Origin: Ptychomitrium polyphyllum
Lineage: Eukaryota
Direction: 5' to 3'
DNA length: 64,000 nucleotides
Assembly (NCBI GenBank): GCA_973851085.1
Contig: OZ316775.1
Coordinates: 13,454,001-13,518,000 of the forward strand
Part shown: positions 13,074 to 24,100 of the stretch, one piece after another
Position numbering within the stretch: position 1 is the first letter of the stretch
Layout: every line of letters starts with the position of its first letter
Made by a program: the position numbers and the translations under genes
Notes under the pieces: generated by a model
Told to the model about the DNA's origin: nothing
The model's database searches: none
The model's input: only the letters and a program-made list of their open reading frames with translations

Positions 13074-14784
13074 TGCAATTCCCCTTTAATCCTCGTAAAT
13101 ACCTATCCCTCTCCCGTACCCCCAACAACTCCTGCACTGCGAGGATCCGAGCCCACTCACAGGCTCCGCATTTATTTTTCCTGACACTAAGTGCTCTCGT
13201 CAGATCAAAAGCTTCATCACCATCAATCTTTTGCAACATACCGCACTACCTCGTCACCTTTCTCGCTTCACATGGCATCTCAGACCATGTCTGGCACCCG
13301 CATAGTGGATTGCTTCATCGTCGAGAAAATTGTGCATCATCCTTGGCAGGCAAGCAAGCTGGGCTTCGCTGGAATTCCAGATTGCATCTCGAAACGACGA
13401 CGCCGAAGTCAAATCGTAGCAGACTCTCTGCAAGTGCGTTTGCTGAGCTGGCAAGGCTAAGCCGGCAAGTCGAGTCTCACTTTCGTTTGTTTCAAATACT
13501 TCTTCCTCAACAATTATAAGTTGTACTTAGTCATATTCTGCATAATGATCAGTACTGAAGGTTCGCTACGTGGAAGTTGAACTTAGTCCAAGAGATGTAA
13601 ATTACAATCCTTCAGAATAGCAATTCATGCATTAATTTTGGAGAAAGTCCAAATCCTCTGCAATTATTACTACCATGCCTCATTTTGATAGGGAAATGGT
13701 ACTCTGTCAGTTCTTTCAGGGCCGCATTACATTGGAGGGCGGCTTTGCATTGAGACCCAAGCCTGGTTGGATGTCGGTTTGATTAGGTTATGAAAATAGG
13801 CCCACTTTTAGTGTGTGTGTAATGGACAATTGACATGTGTCGTGTCGTAACTGTGTCTGCAATGTCTTTCCTCGTTTTCCAATTTGCTCAATTTGCTGTC
13901 CTCTGAGGCAAGCTGAGCCTTCTAAGTTCTCATCTTACATCAAATCCACAAAAAACTTGCGGAATGCTTTGTTCTTTAAACGAAGGTCACACATCACATG
14001 GGCAGGTGCACAATCCTTTCTGTCAACACATTTTTCAAAATTAACAAAATAGTCCGTTTTACTACTTTTGGTTTTGTAAGTCAACTTTGTGGTTTGTAGG
14101 ATCAATACTTACTCCTTTTAACTGGCTCTGTAATAAAGTGAATTTGTGGTTGCTTTTGTTTCTCCCACATCTTGATTGAGCAACAAAGAAAAGTTTCAAC
14201 CTGATGCAACGTCTCTAAAACCAGACAAAGGAAAATAATCTCCATGAAGGCTGCCTTCTCAAATCACGTCCTCCGATATGGATTCTGGAAATCATCCGCT
14301 AAGACTTCCTATTCTTCATGAGCATTCCAGGAATTGATCTTGCCTCAATGTCTGCGATGTCTGTCTGTGCCGTGTCTGTCTGCAATGTCTATTTGTGTCG
14401 TGTCTGTTTCTCATTTGCTCGCTCCACTCTGCAAACACCCACTTTCCAATCACCATGGATCGTACGGTCAAAATATGTGGAGGAACTGGGCCAGCATCCC
14501 ACAATTGAGCCATGAGATCACCACAACCCCAATTGAAGGTTCAAGCAATCCTATTGATCAAGTTTCAATAATTTCAAATCCGGCCGACAATTCGCCCCTA
14601 TTGTAAATCGGCCCTTATCGTTTCCTACAATTTTAGGATTCCAATGTGTTGGGTTGCACGCAACAGTTGTGGTACTACAATACTACAATACTACAGGGTG
14701 TCAAAATGCAATTTCAACTACTCCAAATGTTCCAGTTGTGATGCTCAAATGATAACTCTGATCCATAACCTCTAATTTGATACA

Positions 14785-17700
14785 CTACAATTCTAATGGG
14801 GCAGTGAAAACCAGTGCTGCATTTGTCCCACCAAATCCAAATGAATTTGTCAATACCGCTCTAATATACATGGTTTTAGGTGCTGTGAGAGGCGAAAAAT
14901 GACCGTCAAAAATTGCATCAGGGTGCTCCAAATTCAATGTCGGTGGTGCAATGCCCTGACAACCCACACAAACAAGTTGTCAGAGATCATGTCAATTCAC
15001 ATTCCAGCTGAAAACTTTTCAAAGGTGATTTACTAATCTGTTTCTAGTTCAATAGAAGTACTCACATGATGGAGGGCCAGCACAGAGAAGATGGCTTCCA
15101 CAGCTCCCGCTGCTCCCAGCAAGTGACCAGTAGCGCCCTGTGTCACCAACAAAGTCGGTCCAATCACAAGATATATCTCAAAGCGGCAGAAAATAACTTA
15201 CTCAATACTCAGTAACTATATAGCAGGTATGTAGAAGCTTGTTGTGCTAGAATGTGATTTGAAGAAGTACCTTAGTAGAAGAAAACGCTAGGCGACCTGA
15301 GTGAGCATGATCTTTAAACACATCCCGTATAGCTCGTGCCTCGACTACATCACCTGCGATTCAGAATCAAGCAGAACTGCCAAGTCAGACGTGCATATGT
15401 CCAGATCACCCTGCCAAGAGGTGCAAAAGATGTTGTAACAGACAGTGTAGACATTACGACCATCTGTGCAGTACCCCACAAAAGACGAACGGCATGGCAC
15501 TAAAATTTGAGAAGCTACTCAAAATCATAACTTAATTCGTGACTAAGATGTGTAAACATAGAACTCACCTAAGGGGGTTGATGTGGCGTGTGCATTTATG
15601 TAATCTACATCATCAGGTTGAAGACCTGCCTGCTCACGTGCCCATCAGAATACATGCTTTCTAAAGGTTTGGAATATTTATACATGTGATGCAAGAATGT
15701 CCAGAAACATAGACCAACTATATCACCTTATGCAACTAAGGAGATGAAAATAGTCCATGAATGTAAGAATTAAGACAAACCTGTTGCAGAGCGCGACTCA
15801 TAGCCAAATATGCACCTCTCCCTTCTTGTGATGGTTGGGTAATATGGTGTGCGTCTCCTGCGACCAATACATCAGGCAGATAAGTTACTGTCTCAGACAT
15901 GATCACAAACAGTCTTTAAAGGCCTGGGAATCAACGGAACTAAAAAGCGACAAAACAAAGTGGACCCAGAAGGCACCCACCTGACATGCCATAGCCCCGT
16001 ACTTCTGCATAAATCTTTGCTCCTCTATCTAATGCATGTTGTAACTCCTGCATAACCAAGCCATGGACTTTGAGACACCATAGATAACTTATTGAAATAA
16101 TATCCGGATTTCCAGTTCATCCAGTGCATGTACGACCTATTAAGAGAAAACAAGACAGTAGAAAGACAAATCCTCACCTCTAATACTACGACACCGGCAC
16201 CTTCACCCATTCTGCATCCATTAGAAAGGGACGAAATTAGCACTTCAAACTAAAACACCAGCTTGCTTCAAAGGCCAGAAAGAAAACCAGAAATTGTTAC
16301 TTACACAAACCCGTCTCGAGCTTGATCGAAAGGCCTGGATGAGATTGCGGGATCATTGTTAAACTTTGTGCTCAACGCCCTTGCCCTACCACAAAGCCAG
16401 CGAATCAAAACAGATGCAAAGCTAAACCTTAAACCCAAACGCGAAACCTAAATTTGACATTCTGAACAGGTCAAGAGAAAAACGAACAGAGTGAGCTGAA
16501 GTTACCTACAAAATCCAGCCATTGACAATGGATCAATGCTAGATTCAGTGCCTCCAGCCACCATGACCTCAGCATCCCCATACTTAACCATGCGGGCGGC
16601 ATCACCTACGGAATGAGCTCCACTTGCACATGCTGTCACGACAGCATGATTCGGCCCCTGCGATGAGCCCTGTCTGTTAGCAAATTCTTTTCCCACGCGC
16701 AAGCAGTAGAGCCCTTGTTTGACGAGGAATCCAGTACGAATACGAGCTCAGACAAGGGCTCTAAGGATTGGCCAACCTTGAACCCATGACAAATGCTCAC
16801 GTGACCAGCTGCCATGTTGATCAAAATGCGAGGCACAAAGAAAGGGCTTAGCCGACGTAGCTCCTGCGAAATGCCAAGAAATCAAACCATCAAATTAAAC
16901 GCGGAAATTGCCACTAAACATAAACATACTCACGAAATGTTAACATTGTCATCCATACCTGCTTGTTGATCAAATGAGATGCTTCCAGGATATCGTTGAT
17001 AGAACCAATTCCACCACCAATTGCAACACCCTGGTGACAAACGACTGAAGTCAGCAGCTCAGGTCATGGCCGCGGATTACACACTATTCTAAGAATTGCA
17101 GGACAGGTAGTATCCAATCTTTAAGACCCTCCCATCGTGAGACTGAGGTCAAAACTGACACGCTAAACCCTAAAAAATTTGTATATGTCTAGAAGCAGCG
17201 GATACGAACCGTTCGCTCCAAATCAGCGACCTCTTGAGGATGCCAATTTGCGTCTGTTAAAGCCTCTTCAGCAGCGCATTGCGCATAAGCTATAAAACCT
17301 GGCTCCGCCGGTTTCTGCAATCAAGAGCAGAAACTTCAGTATCCAGAAAACCGCCATGTTTGCTCACGTCTCGTCAAGAATGTCAGATAACGGTTGGGAA
17401 CACTGACCTGCCATTTCTCAACATCAAAGTCACCAGGAGCATATCCACGAGGCACAAGAGCAGCCACTCGAGAAGGAAGCTGCTGCAGCAATTCAGGATC
17501 CTTCAGTCTCAAACTCTCGGCACTCAGTGCCTGCACTCCAGTCTTAAGAGCAATCAATTTGTCCCAGCTTGCTTGCACTCCTGCTCCAAGAGGCGTTACT
17601 AGCCCCAGTCCTGCCACCCACACATGCGAAGCATGGATACATCACTGCTACCAACTTCCACGACAAAATGGTTTCAAAACCAGGAACCTCTCCAGAAAAT

Positions 17701-18233
17701 TAGCCTGTCCTAAGCCGATTGAGAAATCCTAAGCTACGATCGCTCACGAAGTCCCCGCACCTCGGCTAGGGTGACTCATTCATTCATTCTCCATTCCGAC
17801 AAAAGATGTCCAGATGCTAACAGGAAAAATTACTAAAGCATCGACTCTCCAATCTGTGCTCCGCCTTTACAGAGTAAAACTCAATGACCACTTGAACCCC
17901 AAATCCCGTGGGTTCTTTCAACGTCGTCGATGCCAGAGGTCGTCGTCATGTCCACTTCCTGGAAAGCTTGAATCTCCTCTAGCATGAAATGTTTTGTAAA
18001 ACCTCCCACAGCTTGGAATGAGCGGTACAGTACCAATGAAATGGAAAGTCTTGCTTCTGAAAGACCCAAATTGTACCGCCCGAGGGAATGCCTAACAAAG
18101 TGTTCGAATCCATACCAGTGACCACAACTCGCCGCTGAGGCATGAGAGGAGGCGCCGAAGAGGAGCTCCAGCCATGGCTGAAGGATCGGGCGCCTCGTCG
18201 GAGCCCGTAGACGGTGCGCAGAGAGCGCCGCAT
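14785..18233 (-). CDS. KAS: Mitochondrial 3-oxoacyl-[ACP] synthase (mtKAS, FabF/KAS II type), 14 exons
   Basis: Arg/Ser-rich presequence [20 protein letters not shown], then [44 protein letters not shown], catalytic [55 protein letters not shown] and [11 protein letters not shown]. All 13 introns are GT-AG and in phase. Confidence 0.96.
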
Positions 18234-18485
18234 GGTTGCACATGAGCTGGTGCGCATGTGCATGAGCATAGCCGATCCTCTCGCACCGTGCGTGTGCGAT
18301 GCCCCCGCTGTGTCTTACCGCGCAGCACTGCTCTCGTCTCCTCTCCTCTCCGCCGTGGCCGCCGTCGCCTTCCTAACTGCGCACAGCGCACTCCGCTCTG
18401 CGCATCATGTTTGATTTCGTGCACCATAGACCATATTGTCTGGTATCACATATTCATCATCACTCCCCATCCTCTGATCCTTCCA

Positions 18486-18605
18486 CATACACACATACAT
18501 ACATATACACATGCACACGTGCACACATGCACACATACACACATACATACATATACACATGCACACATGCACACATACACACATACACACATGCACACAT
18601 ACACA
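18486..18605. repeat. Compound purine-pyrimidine minisatellite, 15 octamers of CATACACA/CATGCACA type
   Basis: Read directly: catacaca catacata catataca catgcaca cgtgcaca catgcaca and so on, with a higher-order repeat. Confidence 0.9.
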
Positions 18606-21600
18606 TTGAGGTTGTATCCTATACAGTTGCATCTTCCATATCAATCTGTACCATATTTAATAATTACTGAAGATAATCCCCCAACTCTTTTTTACAAGAT
18701 TTGAGTAGTTCTTGGACGCAATAATTGAGCAACTTTGGATTTATTATTGAAGAGGTCCATTTTATCTTCCATGGATGTTCCTATAGACAAGTTGTTCAAA
18801 ATACTACCATAAGTGTTGATGTAGGGCTTATCTACATACCATGAGTATAAGCCACAACATCTTTGAATGATATTAGCTATTTAATATTCCTATTGTAGAT
18901 GTATGAAATCTACTTTTAAAACATATTAGTGACACAATATTGTCTTATATACCAAATTTATTGTGACATGATTCTAAAATGTTGTATTCAATAAGTTGTA
19001 CTTGATTTAAATTATAGGATGTTATATTTGGATAGAAATAGGTAATATAATCTTGCATTTTTTATTTGAAACTACTACCTTGAAGATGGAATCATTATTG
19101 TAGCTTCTTTAATTCAAATTTTATAAAATCTTCTTCAAACATGCATTCAATGCATTACAAAGGAAATTGGACAAGCATTCTCTTTTATAATATAATATAT
19201 TCTTAATTGATTTTAGCACCAAGTGTTGTTTTCATTTATAAAAAGATCATAATGAAGATTTTCCATTCAATAACCTTAATTTCTACAATCCACTTTTTAT
19301 AGAATTAACCTAAATTCCAAAGTATTTTGAACCCTTTTTTATACATGGCAATGTCTCCAATGACAATTTTGGTGACGTTTCCAATTATTACTCACTAACA
19401 TGGAATTGCCATGATTTTTTGCATAAAATATTTTTATAAATATTAAAACTATAAATTAACAAAGTTCAAATGCACCTTGAATTGAACACACTTAGTTAAT
19501 GGTGTTGATTAAGAGGTTTTATTTTATACTCAAAATTGCATATGAGACCTTATTGTTATATTCTAGATAATTTAATACAAGAATTATGATGTTGAAGATT
19601 ACAAATTTCATATTTGATAACATATCTTGATTTGCCATCAAAGATTGACAAAGAAAAGTTAAAGATTTCAATGTTAAAATAAAAGTCTTTTTTTTTTACC
19701 ATATTGTGATAAAGCCTCATGTAATATCCACAACTTGGTTGAATTCTAGGACATGCCCGTTTTACTAATTTTCAAGCATTATCAAGTTATAAGAGATCCT
19801 AATTTAAAATTGCATGATGGTGGAATGAAATAAATTTTACCTTTAAAAAATTCATTAACCCTATATAAGTCCTTTATTGCTTTTTTTAAACTCCTATTTA
19901 GTCATTAATATACTCTACATCTTTTCTAGTGGGTGCCTTTCTTTGCCTCAAAATTTCAATATCCTTTATAAAATTGACAATCCAAATTACTCAAGAAAAT
20001 GACTTACTATCAAAAAATCTGTATTTAATTATTTATAAACAAATTGATCAATTATGAACAAATTTAACATATCAATCAAGGACAAAATCTAGGAATTGTG
20101 TGAAATATTATTGAAAAGCCACCTATAAATACATCACAAGAAAAAAAACGTACAACAAATGTATCATATTTGTAAGAATTTTTATGCACTAATGTTACAT
20201 TTGTGGACGTTGAATTAACATGGCCTTTTACAAAATCTTGAGTAGTGTTGAGTAGTTGAAGCTCTATCAGCTTCTCAGCTTATCAGCTAATCACAGATAC
20301 AACTGAGTGGTTGCACAAATTTATTTATGGACTATTTTTTATCCAGAATTAATTAAATACCTGTTCAAAATGGACTATTTCTTATGTTGCATCAAAAGCA
20401 CAAATTCCTTGGTTGTATATACTTGGTGCAAAACTTCTCGATTAAATTGATCTGTGATTTGAAGTGGACAATTTCGAACCTTGCTTCAAAATCTCAACTT
20501 CATTTTCTATACAAGTAGTGCACATCAGGTCATAGGCCACTCTATGAGCTGATGTGAACAAGAAAGTAGCAAGGCAAGGGATTATCTACTTCCCATTACA
20601 GAAGCCATGAAGTGCTTAACAACATCTAACTTTCCTAACACATATCAGTCTCTCTTACACCTAAGCCAAATTCCTTGATTATCAACTCACAACCACTGTT
20701 CTTTTTGAAGGTGGATGTCAAAAACCTGCCGAGGAGCAAGAGATTCATACACAAAACAACAAAGCAACTTATATCCAAGGGAGCTCAGATAAAATCCATA
20801 GCCACGCTCTGATTTCTAGGAAGAGAAATAAACCAGCTTCTCTTCCAACTTCGGAAACATCTCAACTCAGAGATGTGGTTGACTGATAAAGATACACCAT
20901 AGACACCTACAATAGACAATCTTCAGGAGACACCATGCCCGCATGCCAGTAGAAAAGATCGAAACATATCCACTCCCATGCTGTGCTAGTCCTTGCATAT
21001 GAAATCCAACTCCGACTTAAATCGTAGATTTGACAGTGCCACAGGTCGCCATGGATGCTTTCGAGAAGGCCTGGATTGCTTCTAGAATGAAAAAATCGTA
21101 GATCCTCTCACAGCTTGAATGAAGAGGATCAATCAGAATAAGCAAGTATGGAAAATCCCAACCTAAAATGTCTGAGCAAGGGCGCTGATGTCATACCTGT
21201 AACCATCACTCGGCATGAGAATCACAATCGAAAACGAGAACTTATGGTGGAATTTCAATCGCTTCATGCCCCGCTCCTCTCATCTTCGCTAATGAGGCAT
21301 TGTAGCACCTTTACCATTCATCCTACACTTATTGATCTTTTTGTTCCTCACTATTCTTCTCTCTCCCACTTCGCATCTGTACATGTGCTGCATTTTCTGG
21401 ACCTTGCATTCACAGGTTCTGATATCATCATTCTGGAAGTATTATTCAACATTTTGGATCCGGAATTTGGGACTGAATTACGGAAATTATGAAACGGGTA
21501 ATAGACTCTAGGATGGACATACTGAGAACCAGAAGGAAATCAACAGATTACCAAGTTTGATTAGAACTATTGCTTTGCTTTGTCTGTCTGTGTAGCTGAG

Positions 21601-22804
21601 TTTGGAACCTCTATGTCCTCACGGAATTTTGGGTTTTTTGAGGAGGTTTATAAAAGGCTTCAACATTAAAAGTGACTATCAGGGTCGAGTTCAAGTTCGT
21701 GCTCAACTTGTGTGCAAGATTGTTACAAAAACACCTACTGACCCTAGTGACCACTTGCATGAATCTTGAAGAAATTAAAAACGAGGAAAGAAATGATTAA
21801 AAGTTTATGAAGTAGGATGTAGTAAGAATCTTTTCAACGATTTGCGTTATCATTCTTGAATCCAAATTTGTGAATGACACGTTTTCATTGTGCGAACTGT
21901 GCGTGTCAGTGTGCAAAGATTTTGGTTTGTAAGGTTGATGATATACACTGAAATTTAGAACCTCACACCAGAGCACAAAACTGCATGATATGAGATCGAA
22001 TGAACACTATAAACTCTATATTCCTCGTCTTGGCAGCGTTCCCACCAATAGAACGGTAAAAGCAGTATGGATATTAGTGTTAGTCTTAGTGTTAAATAAT
22101 CAGTGTAGGTTTTATTTTGTGGTGTTGATTCTGCTATAAATAACAAATAGAACATTGCTGTTAATGGCAGCCCTCGTAAGTATCACCATATACAAGTATC
22201 ACAATATTCCATTAATACCATTGTGGATCCATATACTATAGTACATACAATGTTGTGTAGGATTTATAAGGATTGTCATCCCGTCAAAAGCTTTCTTTCA
22301 TCAATCATCATCGTTTTTATGTACATCGGAATCCTATTGGAGTTAAGACATATATTGATACATATGTACACTATTTGTAGGTATACATCACCTTGTCAGT
22401 TCTACTTCATGAAACACTACCACTCTGTTTACAGACTTGGACATCTGGGACGATTTGCTCAAAATGTATTGTGCTACATCACCTAACAACATTCTACATT
22501 GTATTTAAGATTAATCATCCCTGGTGCGCAAGTCAGTATCAAAGTCTCAAAGCAATCTCAATGCTAGCATACCTGGGGGTAGTCCACGGAGCTCGAGAAA
22601 GATTGGAAATAGTTGAAATTTTGTTGTGGCAATGGTTGCATCCAATCAGCCAATGATGGGTCACCAACATTGTATGCCAGGTTTTGGCCCTGCACATAGT
22701 GAATCTGCACAAGAAAATATTCACGAACTTTTAGAACTTTTTACTGAATTTCTTGCAGCTTATGAATAAAACTTCAACCACTATGTACAAAATAGAGTTG
22801 AATT

Positions 22805-24100
22805 CTAAACGTGGCTATGCATACTGTTGCTCACCTCATCTCTTGGAACGAAATCCATGACGGTATGATTCGAATACTCAAATAAGTCGTCGTCATTTGG
22901 GAAAAGGTAACTCATTTCTGCCAACCATTGATCATCGTCTGGCAACACATACTCACCATGATCATTCCCAAAATCATGACCCTCCCATACACTTGTTTTG
23001 TTTTCAACAATATTGGACAAAGCCGATTGAAGATCAACAGCTGTCCAATCTTCTTCAACCGACTGCTCCTCAATCTGAGTTGTCTCCGTTTGGCGATAAC
23101 TATAACCAGGATTGTCAAGGTAACACCACGATTTCTGGTAATCTGGAGATGTCCCTGCAGAGCTTGGAGTACTGCAATATGTTACTGATGTGGGGCTCAT
23201 CCATTGGCAATCACCAGCCATAGCATCCAGTTGACTGTTGTAGCTCCCACCGTTACTACCAGAACTAGTACCGTAACTGGCCACTGACAGACCATCCTCT
23301 TGCATCGCAAATTCCTGAGGTAGCTCTTGCAGAGAGTTGTATTTGGCAAAAACTTGATCTGTGCTAATGGAGATGCAGGTCGTCTTATTTGGGCAGAAGC
23401 TGGCAGCGTACACCTGAGCTTTACGTTTAATAAAGAGGGTGACCTCCCTAAACATGGAGTCGTCCCGGAGATTGTTTAGATTCAAATTGGATGGAATATT
23501 CTCCGAAAATGCTGTCAGAGATTGGCATGGAAAATTGGGGGGCCGCTTCTTCGTGCATTTGAGAAGCTTCCTTGCAGCATCAACTGCACGAGCTGCGCCC
23601 TCCTCGCTGTCGAAGGTGCCTAGCCATACTTTCTTGTCGACCGTTTTCCATTCTGCAACTCGAATTTCGGCTACCCACTTCTGAAGGTCGGGTCTGAAGC
23701 GGACTCCGAAGTGTTGGGAGCTTTCTTTGGCTCTGGACCTTTTCGGTGACTGAGTTTGGAATATCTTATCACCGATGTCTGCATTCAGTCCTCTACAAAA
23801 AATCATAATTGGAACTAGCTATTAGTAGAGATCAAAACCAAGTTTAAATAAAAATAGATGTATTCAATGCCCATCAACAATTTAGCGATGAGATTTATAA
23901 GTCATACAGTTCCAGAAAGATGAGAAACAAAAATTTCTTCAGTAAACTCCAAACAGCTATATCGAGAAGCTAGTTAGGAATTATAATGTCAATTAACGAC
24001 AGATATACTACCTGTCGGCATGGCATCCGTTGACTTCTGTTGTTGGCGAGAAGTGGTTAAACCCATCGACTACTGAAGGATTTGTCTCCTTCTTGACCAT
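22805..24100 (-). CDS. AP2/ERF (DREB-like) transcription factor with a divergent AP2 domain, 2 exons, about 358 aa
   Basis: Exon 24100-24012 (in-frame upstream ATGs at 24121 and 24214) joins exon 23792-22805 in phase 2. AP2 domain HFGVRFRPDLQKWVAEIRVAEWKTVDKKVWLGTFDSEEGAARAVDAA..PNFP. The C-terminus is acidic and aromatic, like an activation domain. Confidence 0.9.

Noticed and set aside
18258..18704. His/Thr-rich and Cys/Val-rich ORFs
   Set aside because: These are translation artefacts of the octamer minisatellite.
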